DNA of 64,000 nucleotides from an uncultured Gammaproteobacteria bacterium (GCA_964493305.1 CAZBLW010000001.1:177484-241483), one strand, 5' to 3'. Positions 34,931 through 45,375 are shown, numbered from the stretch's first letter. Numbers and translations are program-made. The notes: generated by a model from the letters alone, not told the origin.

Positions 34931-37231
34931 TCAAGATTTTTTGGTGCGTTTAACTGTTCGTTTGGTTTTAGTCGGTTTGTCTTTGGCTGAGTCAATAATT
35001 TCTAGACATTCGGCCACGGACAATTTCTCCGGATCTTTGTCTTTGGGTAGACGGATATTGTTTTCTCCATCGGTAATATAAGGACCAAAACGACCCCGCA
35101 AAATTTTAATATTTTGTTCGGAAAATTCTTTAATAGTTTTCTTTTGTTTTTTTTCAATCGCCTCAGCTAAATATTTTTTAGCTGTTTGTTCATCTATGGT
35201 TAGAGGATTTTCGTTTTTAATAGATACAAAATCGTTGCCAATTTTTAAATATGGACCAAAGCGACCAAAACCCGCCAATATTTTTTCACCAGCTTCAGTT
35301 TGACCAACTTCACGGGGCAAGGACAACAGTGCCAAAGCGTCAGTCAAAGTTATATCTTCAATCATTTGTCCAGGTAGGAGAGAGGCAAATTTTGGTTTTT
35401 CAGCATCATCTTTGGTGCCTAGTTGTACATAAGGACCAAAGCGACCAACACGGACACTGATGGGTTTATTGGTAGCAGGGTCTAGGCCCAATTCTTTGGT
35501 AGGCATAATATCTGTTTTGGAAATAGAATTTTCTTTTTCGGTTAGAATTTTGGCAAATGGTTTGTAAAAATCCATAATCACCGGTGGCCAGTCGCGTTTA
35601 CCCTCAGCAATTTCATCCAGTTCATTTTCCATTTGAGCAGTAAAGTTATAATCAAGAATTTGGCTAAAGTGCTCAGTCAATAAATCATTGACTACCATAC
35701 CAATATCAGTAGGTTTTAATTTTTTGTCCGTCAAAGTAACGTAGTTTCTGTCAATAATAGTGGAAATAGTAGGGGCATACGTTGAAGGACGGCCAATACC
35801 CTTTTCTTCCAAAGCTTTGACTAAGCTGGCCTCGGTGTAGCGTGCTGGTGGTTGAGTAAAATGTTGTTCTGGTTTTACAGCTAAGCATTCTAACTGGTCA
35901 TTGACCGTCACTGTAGGCAGAGTGTTTTCTTGTACTTTATCAGGATATATTTTTAACCAACCAGCAAAAGTAATAACTGAACCGTTGGCTCGTAAACCAT
36001 ACTGGCCAGCCGAGATGTCAATACTGTTTTGTTTTATTTTGGCTGGTGGCATTTGGCTGGCTAATGCTCTTTCCCAGATTAGTTGATAGAGTTTGTATTG
36101 GTTGATATTTAAGTAAGCTTTGATGCTTTCCGGATCGCGTTGGGCGCTAGTTGGTCTAATTGCTTCGTGAGCTTCTTGGGCTGACTTATTTTTTGTTTTA
36201 TAGCGGGTGGGTTGAGAAAAATTTTTGCCAAAATTGTTTTGCAAATAACCAGCTGCTTCTTGAATAAATTTTTCTGCTAGATTCAACGAGTCGGTTCGCA
36301 TATAGGTAATCAAACCAGTTTGCCCGGATGAACCCAATTTTATACCTTCATATAATTGTTGTGCCAGCACCATGGTTTGTTTGGCAGAAAACCCCAAACG
36401 ATTATTGGCAGCTTGTTGTAGAGTCGAGGTAGTAAAAGGCGGATAAGGATTTTTTTTGACATCTTTACTTTCAATTTTACTGACATTAAATGTTTGTCTG
36501 ATTAGGTCTTGTTTTATTTTTTCCGCTTCAGAGTCAGAGTTAATGGCAAATTTGTCTAAAGTTTTTTTGTCAATGGTTGTCAGTTTGGCAGCGATGGTAT
36601 CACTTTGGTGTTTTAAATCAGCCGTTATGGTCCAATATTCTTCAGGTTTAAAACTGTTTATTTCTCTTTCCCTTTCCACAATCAATCTGACAGCAACTGA
36701 TTGTACTCTGCCTGCTGAAAGGCCCCTAGCTACTTTTTTCCAGAGAAACGGGGATAATTTATAGCCAACAAGACGATCTAAAATTCGACGAGCCTGTTGA
36801 GCATCAACCAGTTTCAAATCAATCGAACGAGGTTCTTGCAGGGCTTGTTTGATAGCTTCCTCAGTAATTTCGTGAAAAACAATCCGCTGAGAACTGTCAG
36901 GATCAACCCCGATAATATTTGCTAAGTGCCAAGCAATAGCTTCGCCTTCACGGTCTTCGTCAGTTGCAAAATAAATATTGTCAGCACTGGCGGTCTTTTT
37001 TTTAAGTTCAGTAACGTTTTTTTGTTTACTTCTGGGGACTATGTAAGTCGGGGTAAAGTCGTTGTCAATATCAATACCTAGCTTACCCTTGGGCAAGTCA
37101 CGAATATGGCCATAGGAAGAAAGTACCAGGTAATTTTTTCCTAGGAATTTATTGATGGTTTTGGCTTTAGTCGGTGATTCGACTATAATGACGTTTTTTG
37201 ACATAGGTTTAACTGTTTTTGAACATAACAC
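34931..37231 (-). CDS. topA: DNA topoisomerase I
   Basis: TOPRIM N-terminus (VIIVESPTKAKTI..YLV.SS.GH..DLP), active-site region (RTDS) and topo IA core. C-terminal repeats RFGPY x3. Confidence 0.92.
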   Translation of the reverse strand: MLCSKTVKPMSKNVIIVESPTKAKTINKFLGKNYLVLSSYGHIRDLPKGKLGIDIDNDFTPTYIVPRSKQKNVTELKKKTASADNIYFATDEDREGEAIAWHLANIIGVDPDSSQRIVFHEITEEAIKQALQEPRSIDLKLVDAQQARRILDRLVGYKLSPFLWKKVARGLSAGRVQSVAVRLIVEREREINSFKPEEYWTITADLKHQSDTIAAKLTTIDKKTLDKFAINSDSEAEKIKQDLIRQTFNVSKIESKDVKKNPYPPFTTSTLQQAANNRLGFSAKQTMVLAQQLYEGIKLGSSGQTGLITYMRTDSLNLAEKFIQEAAGYLQNNFGKNFSQPTRYKTKNKSAQEAHEAIRPTSAQRDPESIKAYLNINQYKLYQLIWERALASQMPPAKIKQNSIDISAGQYGLRANGSVITFAGWLKIYPDKVQENTLPTVTVNDQLECLAVKPEQHFTQPPARYTEASLVKALEEKGIGRPSTYAPTISTIIDRNYVTLTDKKLKPTDIGMVVNDLLTEHFSQILDYNFTAQMENELDEIAEGKRDWPPVIMDFYKPFAKILTEKENSISKTDIMPTKELGLDPATNKPISVRVGRFGPYVQLGTKDDAEKPKFASLLPGQMIEDITLTDALALLSLPREVGQTEAGEKILAGFGRFGPYLKIGNDFVSIKNENPLTIDEQTAKKYLAEAIEKKQKKTIKEFSEQNIKILRGRFGPYITDGENNIRLPKDKDPEKLSVAECLEIIDSAKDKPTKTKRTVKRTKKS

Positions 37232-37252
37232 AAAATAATTTTACTTGGCAAG

Positions 37253-38341
37253 TCATGACCGGCTAATAACAAACTTTCCGTCAGCCATTTTTTTGATCAT
37301 TTTTTGTAATTCCATAATTGATAGATGCATATTAATTTCCGCGGCTGGTATTTGGGTTCTTCTAATAATTTCATCAATATCCATAGGTTGGGAAGTTAGA
37401 ATTTCTATTATCAATTGTTGTTTTGGATCTGTTGGCTGGGCAATTGGCGGTTGATAAATTTCTTGTAAATTAAGTATGTCAATTATATCCTGATAGCCGC
37501 TGATTAGGTGAGCGCCTTTTTTGATAAGATTGTTTGGTCCGGCGGAATTGTTTGCATAAATAGAACCTGGTACCGCCATAACCTCACGATTTTGTTCCAA
37601 TGCGGTGGTAGCAGTAATTAGCGAACCGGATTCAATGTCTCCTTCTATTACCAAGACAGCCTGTGAGAGTCCGGAAATAATACGATTACGTCTAGGAAAG
37701 TGTTGCTTCAATGGCAGTGTGCCTGGCGGGTATTCAGATATTAATAAACCACCAGCAGCGATAATTTTTTTAGCTAAATAACGATTGCTGGAAGGATAAA
37801 GATTGGCATCATCCAAACCATTCCCTAAGACAGCAACAGTTTGTCCGTCGGCAGATAAGGTTTCTTGGTGTACCAGCGCATCAACCCCTAAAGCCATTCC
37901 CGATACAGTAACCAGATGGTAGTGACATAGAGGTGGTATTAGATCCTTGACTATTTGGGTACCATAGGGTGAAATTTTTCGCGTGCCCACAATAGCCAAA
38001 GTATTTTTTTGAATATTTAAATCACCACGATAATACAAAATTGCTGGTGGATCATAAATTTCCTTTAGTAGAGGTGGGTATGATTGGTCGGTAAACAGCC
38101 AAATTTTTATTTGCTGTTTTTCCACCTCAGCCAGCAATTTATCAGGATCAATATTTACTCGGTGGAGAATAATATTTTCTTTGCTTCTTTGATCTAAATT
38201 GGTTTGGTTGATTTCCTGGTCTGATGCTTGCCAGGCAGTTTTTAAGTTAGGAAAAAATTTTAGCAGCGACAATAACCGCGCAGCTCCGATTTGGGGTAAG
38301 TGACTAAATGCCAACCAGTATTTTAAATCTTTATTACTCAT
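37253..38341 (-). CDS. dprA: DNA-processing protein DprA (Smf)
   Basis: LAIVGTR..S.YG........L....VSG.A.G.D...H...L...G.T.AVLG.GLD is the Rossmann core of DprA. N-terminal SAM-like domain. Confidence 0.85.
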   Translation of the reverse strand: MSNKDLKYWLAFSHLPQIGAARLLSLLKFFPNLKTAWQASDQEINQTNLDQRSKENIILHRVNIDPDKLLAEVEKQQIKIWLFTDQSYPPLLKEIYDPPAILYYRGDLNIQKNTLAIVGTRKISPYGTQIVKDLIPPLCHYHLVTVSGMALGVDALVHQETLSADGQTVAVLGNGLDDANLYPSSNRYLAKKIIAAGGLLISEYPPGTLPLKQHFPRRNRIISGLSQAVLVIEGDIESGSLITATTALEQNREVMAVPGSIYANNSAGPNNLIKKGAHLISGYQDIIDILNLQEIYQPPIAQPTDPKQQLIIEILTSQPMDIDEIIRRTQIPAAEINMHLSIMELQKMIKKMADGKFVISRS

Positions 38342-38408
38342 ATCTATAATATAAAAAAAATATTATAATTGGTAAATAAATTTTTGTCTCCTAGCCGTAC
38401 CAAACAAC

Positions 38409-41400
38409 CTATAGTTTGATTATAGTTTTTTTAATTTCCTCTAACCAATTTTTACCGAGAGCCGACAATTTTATTTTTATATTTTTATCCATTATTAACC
38501 ATTCAGGATTTATTGATTGTATTGTTTTACTAGTTTGGGGAGATAATGATTGTTGAAAATAAATTTTGACTTTTGGTTCGTTTTTAAAACCAGTTTCAGT
38601 TTCAATCGCTAAAATATTTTTTTGTTGTGCAATAATTTTCAATTCCAAGATATTTAAAAGATTGGTGGTTGCTACGGGTAATGACTTTTTCCCCCAGGTT
38701 TTGTCAACAAGAGTTTTTAATTGTTCAATACTTTGGCATTGGGCCAGTTGTTGATAAAAATCAAATCTAGCTTCTAAATCAGGTATGAGTTTTTCGTCCA
38801 AGTGATAGGTGAGTGGCAATTGGATATGAACATCGTTTTCCACTGGGTCGGTTTGACCAGTTTGTAATTCAGTAACAGCTTGTTCTAGTAGTCTTAAATA
38901 TAAGTTAAGTCCTACGGCTTTGATATGACCATGTTGTTTGTTGCCCAATAAATTACCAATTCCTCTGATTTCCATGTCACGTCTGGATAGTTCCAAGCCG
39001 CTACCTAATTGATAAGCTGCTTCAAGGGCTTGTAATCTTTTGGCCGCCAATTTTGTCAATTTTTGTGAACTGTAAAAAAAATAAGCGTAAGCCTGTCTTT
39101 GGCCGCGGCCGACGCGTCCGCGTAATTGATAAAGTTGTGCTAGTCCAAAATTGGCTGCTTGTTCAACAATCAAAGTATTGACATTGGGCAGATCCAGTCC
39201 ATTTTCGATAATAGTTGAGCAAACCAAAACATCTATTTGTTTATTGTCAAATTCGTGCATTACTTTACTCAAGGTGCGTCCCGGCATTTGTCCATGAGCA
39301 TAAGACAGGCGAGCCTTGGGGAGTAGTTTAGCCAATTGTTTAACTTTCAAGGGCATAGCTTCTACTTTATTGAAGAGATAGTAAACCTGACCACCTCGGT
39401 CAAGTTCTTGTTTGATGACAGTTTTTATTTTGTTTTCCTGGTAAGGTTCGATACTACTGATAACGGGTAATCTATCTGCCGGAGGAGTTTGTATTAAGCT
39501 AATAGGTTTGAGCCCAGCTACAGAAAAATAAAGAGTACGCGGTATCGGTGTGGCTGACAGAGTTAAAATATGTGTCAAAGATTTTTGTTTTTTTAGTTTT
39601 TCTTTATGCGCTACACCAAATTTTTGTTCTTCATCAATAATTAATAGTCCTAGATTTTTGTAAATAATATCATCCGATAATAAACGGTGAGTACCAATTA
39701 CCAAATCGCAAGCCCCAGTGGAAAGTTTTTCTATAATTTGTTTTTGGGTAGTTTGATCCTGAAATCTAGTCAACAAAGAGATATTAACTCCAAATTTGTT
39801 CAATCGTTGGTGTAAAGTGTCAAAATGTTGTTGCGCCAAAATTGTAGTCGGACACAGTAGCGCCACCTGTTGCCCGTGCAGGATAGTTTTAAAAGCTGCC
39901 CGTAAGGCAATTTCTGTTTTACCAAAACCCACGTCACCACAAATTAGCCGATCCATTGGTTTGTCTTTTTTGAAATCCGACCAGACCTCAGCCAAAGCTT
40001 GGGTTTGATCAGCGGTTGGCGTATAGGGGAAATCATTGGCCAGTGTTGTTTCTTCCGGGAAGTGTTGATTTAAGGGTTTTATTTTTACAACTTCTCTGTG
40101 GGCTTGATTGTAAATAATTTTTTTGGCAGTTTGTAGTAGATCGAATTTAATTTTTTGTTTCAAATGTTGCCAATTACTTCCTGATAGGCGATGTAAAATT
40201 GGTCTAGCAAGTCCGATGTATTTTTCTAATCGGTCAGCTTTTTCAATTGGTACATAAAGTTTATCATTGGCGGCATAGTTTATCACAAAAAAATCTTTTT
40301 CGATTCCAGCAAAATTTTGCCGAACCGTATTGGTCATTTTACCGATGCCATGATCAATGTGCACCACATAATCGCCGGGTTTAAATGTTTTTTTGAGTGT
40401 AGAAAATTTTTCCCCAGCAGTAACATTTACTTGGTTAGGTAGTTCCAGACTTGTTATCACTGCCAACTTCAGCGATTGATTGACCAGTCCTTGAGCTAAA
40501 GGAAAATTAATAATAGTAACTTGTGGGAATTTTTCTTGAATAAAGCTACTTTGATTGCTGGTAATTAAAATTTTCCAATCAGTTTTGTGTTGTAACCATT
40601 GCAGTAGCTGTTGGGGTTCAACCTGCCATTTTGGGGGGGTAAGAAAATTCATTGGCCAGGTTGTGCTATTAGTCAAATCATGCCAGATTATTTGCCAGGG
40701 TAGAGGTAGATTGATGGGAGTATTTGCCGAATGACAAAGTAGCATTTTTTTATTTAAAAAAACTGACAGATCATTATTGCCCGGAGTTAATTTTATTGGT
40801 GGAACAACAATTTCTTTTTGCTCGGCTATTTTGGTTTGAGACCAGACATCATAACTATAAATTTTTTCAATAGTATTTTTTTGCCAGACTAAACGATAAG
40901 GATTTTTGGAGTTTATTGGCCACAGGTCAATTATCTCTCCTCGTTGGGCAAACTCACCGCTAGCGTATACTTTATTTTGCCGTTCGTAACCCAGGGCAAA
41001 TATATCCTTGGTAAATTTTATCAGGTTATAATTTTGTTGAGTTGATAATTTAATTGTGTTTTTTTGCCACCAATCAAGACTTGGTAATTTTTTTTCCCAT
41101 TTTACGGTAGTGACAATTATTTGTGGTTGCTGGGTAATCAGATTGAACAAAATAATGTTTGCTTGTTCGGGATAACTGTATATAGGGATTTTTTCTGGAT
41201 AAATATTCTGCCAAAATAAAAGATTTTGTTGATAAGTTATTAATTCTTTTTCATCAGCTACACACAACAAAACACCTGAATGTTGGATCAGGGGGGAGGT
41301 AGCCAGTTGCCAGACCAACCAAGTGCGAGCGGTAGCATTGGGTAGTTGGCTTAAGTTGAGCGACTGACCAGATAATAATTTTTTAATTAGTTGTTCGACC

Positions 41401-41447
41401 ATAACCGGTAGCAAATTAACCTTAGCGGAAAAAAAATAAAAAAGCAA
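38409..41447 (-). CDS. mfd: transcription-repair coupling factor Mfd
   Basis: RecG-like wedge, Walker A GDVGFGKTEIA, DEAD-like DEEQKFGV, helicase C motifs, TRCF C-terminal domain. 1012 aa. Confidence 0.9.
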   Translation of the reverse strand: MLFYFFSAKVNLLPVMVEQLIKKLLSGQSLNLSQLPNATARTWLVWQLATSPLIQHSGVLLCVADEKELITYQQNLLFWQNIYPEKIPIYSYPEQANIILFNLITQQPQIIVTTVKWEKKLPSLDWWQKNTIKLSTQQNYNLIKFTKDIFALGYERQNKVYASGEFAQRGEIIDLWPINSKNPYRLVWQKNTIEKIYSYDVWSQTKIAEQKEIVVPPIKLTPGNNDLSVFLNKKMLLCHSANTPINLPLPWQIIWHDLTNSTTWPMNFLTPPKWQVEPQQLLQWLQHKTDWKILITSNQSSFIQEKFPQVTIINFPLAQGLVNQSLKLAVITSLELPNQVNVTAGEKFSTLKKTFKPGDYVVHIDHGIGKMTNTVRQNFAGIEKDFFVINYAANDKLYVPIEKADRLEKYIGLARPILHRLSGSNWQHLKQKIKFDLLQTAKKIIYNQAHREVVKIKPLNQHFPEETTLANDFPYTPTADQTQALAEVWSDFKKDKPMDRLICGDVGFGKTEIALRAAFKTILHGQQVALLCPTTILAQQHFDTLHQRLNKFGVNISLLTRFQDQTTQKQIIEKLSTGACDLVIGTHRLLSDDIIYKNLGLLIIDEEQKFGVAHKEKLKKQKSLTHILTLSATPIPRTLYFSVAGLKPISLIQTPPADRLPVISSIEPYQENKIKTVIKQELDRGGQVYYLFNKVEAMPLKVKQLAKLLPKARLSYAHGQMPGRTLSKVMHEFDNKQIDVLVCSTIIENGLDLPNVNTLIVEQAANFGLAQLYQLRGRVGRGQRQAYAYFFYSSQKLTKLAAKRLQALEAAYQLGSGLELSRRDMEIRGIGNLLGNKQHGHIKAVGLNLYLRLLEQAVTELQTGQTDPVENDVHIQLPLTYHLDEKLIPDLEARFDFYQQLAQCQSIEQLKTLVDKTWGKKSLPVATTNLLNILELKIIAQQKNILAIETETGFKNEPKVKIYFQQSLSPQTSKTIQSINPEWLIMDKNIKIKLSALGKNWLEEIKKTIIKL

Positions 41448-41450
41448 AGC

Positions 41451-42161
41451 TTAAAGCTTTGCTTGATCGGTTTTAGTATAATAAATAATATTTTTGATAA
41501 TATCACTTTTGAGAGTTAGGGCGTTTTTTAAACAAATGAGAATAGGTATTTCACTAAAATTGATATTTTTGAATTTATCAATAACCAAACTTTCGTTTTT
41601 TATATTTTTACTCCAGGGGTAGGTAGCAGTAGTGGTATCAATTACCACCCGATAACGATTGGCTTTGAGTGCTTCTTCAAGTTCAGCTGATTGGTAGTTG
41701 TTGATTTTGACATCAGGATATTGATTTTCAATTTTTTTGTGTTGACGTTCGTCAAAAGTGAACAACTGTTCCGAATAATAATTGAAAAAAACCAAAATTT
41801 TCCCTTGTTTTTTTAGTGGCGCTTGTGAGTTAAGCAAACCGTTGAGAGTGGGTAATTCCCAGTGATTGATGATGTTGGCATTGAAAGCTTCAACAATATT
41901 TTTTAAACTGGGAGTGTATTTTTTTTCGGCATATAGAATTTTTTTGGTAGGAATAGATCTGGTTGCTTCCAAAATAGCGAAATTGTAGTAATAATTATTT
42001 TCACCAACTGAGCTAATGAGCCAGTTGAAATTTTCGTTTTTGGCGCGGTTGATGAGTTCAGTTTGACTGTGAGTTTTTTCCATTTGTTCCCAGGGTAACA
42101 GCGGTGATATTTTTTTGTGAACTTTTGGTAAATGGCAAATAATTTTTTTGGTCGCCTTCAT
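41451..42161 (-). CDS. hypothetical protein
   Basis: 236 aa, no recognised motif. Abuts mfd with a 3-nt gap (operon). Confidence 0.5.
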   Translation of the reverse strand: MKATKKIICHLPKVHKKISPLLPWEQMEKTHSQTELINRAKNENFNWLISSVGENNYYYNFAILEATRSIPTKKILYAEKKYTPSLKNIVEAFNANIINHWELPTLNGLLNSQAPLKKQGKILVFFNYYSEQLFTFDERQHKKIENQYPDVKINNYQSAELEEALKANRYRVVIDTTTATYPWSKNIKNESLVIDKFKNINFSEIPILICLKNALTLKSDIIKNIIYYTKTDQAKL

Positions 42162-42331
42162 GGTTTATACTCCTATATTTTTTAAATAACTAATTGGAGT
42201 ATTTTTACATATTTGTAAAAGTTATGTCAAATTACTTTGGATTCTTATTGTAATAATGGACTTTTTGTTTTTTAGGCAAGTGCTATAATATGTTTGCAAG
42301 AATAAATTATTAATTATTAACCAACAAAAAT

Positions 42332-43093
42332 ATGGAAGAAAATAAAACTCCATCTTGGCGTGAGCCAAAATACTTACTGGTATTGGTGGGGATTTTGTTG
42401 TTAGCAGGTATAGTAACAGTGGCGATTTTACGCGATCGCATAGTCAATAAACAGTACTGGCAGGTGAGTGTCTCTGGTCGCGGTACAGTCAGCTATGAAC
42501 CTGATGTTGCCAATATCACTATGGGCGTACAGGTTGATAAGGTTAACCGGGCTGACCAAGCTCTGACTCAGTTGAATGAAAAGATAAATAGTGTAATTAA
42601 AGCAGTAGAAGAAATTGGAGTGACCAAGGAAAATATTAAAACCCAAAACTATACTTTGTATCCGCAGTATGATTGGATAAACAACGTTCAAACCCCAGGT
42701 GGTTATAATGCCAGTCAATTGTTGGTAGTCAAAGTAACTAATTTATCAGTCAATAAAGATTTGGTTTCACAAGTTATTGCTGCTGCTACCAAGGCTGGTG
42801 TCAATCAAATTCAAGGAGTAACTTTTGACAGTTCAAAATTGGAAGATTTAAAACAAGAGGCCAGACTCAAAGCTATTGCTGATGCCAAAAATAAAGCTGG
42901 TAGTATTGCTAGCAATTTAGGTGTTCGTTTAGGCAAGGTGATTGGTTGGTGGGAAAATCCCATCAATGTACCGGGGGTACCTTATTATGGTGAGATGGGT
43001 GGTATGGGTGGCGGTGGTAATTCGGCTCCAGCAGTACCGGGCGGTAGCCAAGAAATAGTCATGGAAGTAAATATTAATTACGAAGTTAAATAG
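42332..43093 (+). CDS. SIMPL/DUF541-family protein (YggE-like), membrane-anchored
   Basis: TM anchor then V.V.G.G.V...PD.A.I..GV........A.........V...... and a C-terminal Q.....V...Y pattern typical of DUF541. Confidence 0.65.
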   Translation: MEENKTPSWREPKYLLVLVGILLLAGIVTVAILRDRIVNKQYWQVSVSGRGTVSYEPDVANITMGVQVDKVNRADQALTQLNEKINSVIKAVEEIGVTKENIKTQNYTLYPQYDWINNVQTPGGYNASQLLVVKVTNLSVNKDLVSQVIAAATKAGVNQIQGVTFDSSKLEDLKQEARLKAIADAKNKAGSIASNLGVRLGKVIGWWENPINVPGVPYYGEMGGMGGGGNSAPAVPGGSQEIVMEVNINYEVK

Positions 43094-43174
43094 AAAAATC
43101 ACCTCAAAAACTCCCCCAAATTATCTTGGGGGAGTTTTATTGACAAATTTTTTTTGTTTGCTAAAATGCAAAAA

Positions 43175-43351
43175 CGTTATTGTTTAAGTAAGCAGTAGGT
43201 TCCTAGCGCAGTGGTCAACGCAAAAGCACCCCTCCTTGCTTTTGACAAGTAGCCTTAAGTCAAGGACTCTAGATTTTTCTAGTCGTTCTTGCACTGACTA
43301 GGAGCCTAGTGTTTACTAAAAAACCCAAGAATTAGATTCTTGGGTTTTTTT
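43175..43351 (+). ncRNA. candidate structured small RNA (6S-like?) with its own promoter TTGACA(43140)-16-TAAAAT(43162) and an intrinsic terminator
   Basis: The 5' segment 43182..43213 pairs with 43292..43320 in a ~30-bp imperfect helix (TTTA/GTAA/TAGG/TCCTAG/CAGTG blocks), enclosing three short hairpins. Ends in aaaaaacccaagaattagattcttgggttttttt. The upstream gene has its own terminator at 43111..43139. Confidence 0.35.
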
Positions 43352-43925
43352 ATTGGGAGTTAAATGAATTTTGAGTTTTTGTTAGACCTTCTGTGATTGC
43401 CTGGTCAAGGGCGGTGGTAGTTTTTTCTATAGCTTGGTTTATTTTTATCTGTTCTGTTGGGTTAGGTTTTTTTAAAACATAACTACTGACTTTACCAAAT
43501 ATACCAGGTCGGCCTATACCTATTCTAAATCTGATAAAATTTTTATCTCCCAAGGATTCAATAATTGAAGCCACGCCATTGTGCCCACCAGCCGAAGCAT
43601 TGATTGATATTTTAGTTTTTCCTGGAGGCAAATCAAGATCATCATGAATTATCCAAATGTCATTATTGGGTAGGTGGTAAAAAGATTTGATTTTGGCGAT
43701 TGCTTGTCCCGATAAATTCATGAAGGTCAAAGGTTTTACCAATAGTATTTTTTGATCTTGCCAAGAGCCTTGGGATATTTGACTGGTAAATTTTGGTTGG
43801 TCGGTAAAGTCGGTAAAAATATCAGCATGTTTTTTTTGCCAGGCCGTTATTATTTCCCAACCTAAGTTGTGACGAGTATGTTCGTATTTTTTGTCAGGGT
43901 TACCCAGACCAAAAATGGCAATCAT
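43350..43925 (-). CDS. pth: peptidyl-tRNA hydrolase
   Basis: IFGLGNPD.KY..TRHN.G....; HDDLDLP.GK.K...GG.AGGHNG..S. Confidence 0.9.
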   Translation of the reverse strand: MIAIFGLGNPDKKYEHTRHNLGWEIITAWQKKHADIFTDFTDQPKFTSQISQGSWQDQKILLVKPLTFMNLSGQAIAKIKSFYHLPNNDIWIIHDDLDLPPGKTKISINASAGGHNGVASIIESLGDKNFIRFRIGIGRPGIFGKVSSYVLKKPNPTEQIKINQAIEKTTTALDQAITEGLTKTQNSFNSQ

Positions 43926-44010
43926 CTAATTAGGATTTAGGATTTAGGATATAGGGTTTAATTTTTGCATTACACCCTATATCCTAGTTCCTAGTTCCAG
44001 TATCCTAAAT
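43926..44010. repeat. long imperfect palindrome: (ttaggat)x3-atagggt ... accctatatcctag-ttcctag...atcctaaa
   Basis: Perfect 12-bp core inverted repeat aggatatagggt/accctatatcct separated by 16 nt, extended by TTAGGAT/ATCCTAA tandem units. Lies between pth and der on the same strand. Confidence 0.6.
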
Positions 44011-45375
44011 TTATTTTACCGAAGTGATAAAAAGTCGCAATGGCGTGCCTAAAAAGTCAAATTCTGCGCGCAGGTTATTTTCGATGAAGCGCAAATAAGA
44101 TCCGTGTAATGATTTCTTATATTTAATAGTAACTTGAAAAGCAGGTGGATTAATGTCTACTTGTTTAAGATGGTATATATAAGGATGCCCCGCACCTTTA
44201 CCACGTGCCGGTGGATGCAGGCTGATAATTTTTTTGAGAAATTTTTGTAAAGCACTATCAGAAATTTTCGTAAATCTTTTATTGTATAGTTCTACTGCCC
44301 GGTCAAGTACGTCTTTTGTTCTTTGTTTAGTTAGAGCGGAGGTAAAAATAATTGGCGCCCAAGTTAAATAGGGGAAAGTTTGGTAAATATATTTGGTATA
44401 AGTATAAATAGTTTTTTCATCTTTATCAGGAACCAAATCCCATTTGTTGGCCACTATTAAAATGCTATTGCCACTTTTAACTGCGTGTTCAGTCAGGTGC
44501 CTATCTTGAAAAGTTAGTGGTACGGAAATATCTAAAATCAACAAAGTAATGTCAGAGTTTTTTATTTTGTGTAAAGTTTGCTCAATACTAAATTTTTCCA
44601 ATTTGTCATTTTTTTTAGCTTGCCTTCTAATACCCGCAGTATCGGTCAAAATTATTTGTTGTTGTTGATAGTTAATTATAATATCTTGAGCGCCACGAGT
44701 AGTGTGAGCTTGATCAGAGACTATTTGTTTTTCAAAACCCAAGATAGAGTTGATCAGGGAAGATTTACCAACATTTGGTTTGCCAATGATAGCCAAACGG
44801 ATAGGTTGGGTAGGTGATTTTGTTGTTAGCTGAACTTTATTTTTGGTTGGCGGTAGAAAATCAACTATGGCATCTAGTAAGTTACCGGTACCAATACCAT
44901 TGACACCAGACACAGGAAAATTTTGCTCCAGACCAAGTTCTGACCAATCAAGTAAAGTAGCCGCCCATTTTTTAGCATTATCAAGTTTGGTAATTACCAA
45001 AAAACAGGGTCGACCGGTTTTTTTGATAGTTTTATAAACATCGTAATCTTCTGGCAAAAGACCGGCCCGACCGTCAACCACCATTAGTATCAGAGTAGCT
45101 TGTTGGGCGGCTAGTAGAGATTTTTCCGAGACTAGTTGGTCAAAATCATCAGCGGCTGAGTGATTAATTCCTCCAGTATCTATCAAAGTAAATTTTTGTC
45201 CGTTCCATTCCATGTCACAAGCTTGATAATCTCTGGTAGTTCCAGCCACTGGCGAAACAAGCGCAGCTGGTGTTTCTGTCAAACGATTAAATAGAGTTGA
45301 TTTACCAACATTAGTTCGTCCCAAAAGTACGACTGTGGGAAGCGAATTGGTTTTTGTTAGTTTGTTTACAGTCAT
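44011..45375 (-). CDS. der: ribosome-biogenesis GTPase Der (EngA), tandem GTPase domains plus KH-like domain
   Basis: Two G1 motifs (GRTNVGKSTLFN, GKPNVGKSSLIN) and two DTAG/DTGG motifs. Confidence 0.9.
   Translation of the reverse strand: MTVNKLTKTNSLPTVVLLGRTNVGKSTLFNRLTETPAALVSPVAGTTRDYQACDMEWNGQKFTLIDTGGINHSAADDFDQLVSEKSLLAAQQATLILMVVDGRAGLLPEDYDVYKTIKKTGRPCFLVITKLDNAKKWAATLLDWSELGLEQNFPVSGVNGIGTGNLLDAIVDFLPPTKNKVQLTTKSPTQPIRLAIIGKPNVGKSSLINSILGFEKQIVSDQAHTTRGAQDIIINYQQQQIILTDTAGIRRQAKKNDKLEKFSIEQTLHKIKNSDITLLILDISVPLTFQDRHLTEHAVKSGNSILIVANKWDLVPDKDEKTIYTYTKYIYQTFPYLTWAPIIFTSALTKQRTKDVLDRAVELYNKRFTKISDSALQKFLKKIISLHPPARGKGAGHPYIYHLKQVDINPPAFQVTIKYKKSLHGSYLRFIENNLRAEFDFLGTPLRLFITSVK

Noticed and set aside
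38566-40008. Plus-strand ORFs inside mfd (38566..38754, 39796..40008) and other antisense ORFs within topA/dprA (35251..35460, 35901..36086, 36456..36764, 37245..37454)
   Set aside because: They are fully contained in long minus-strand genes with strong helicase and topoisomerase motifs.
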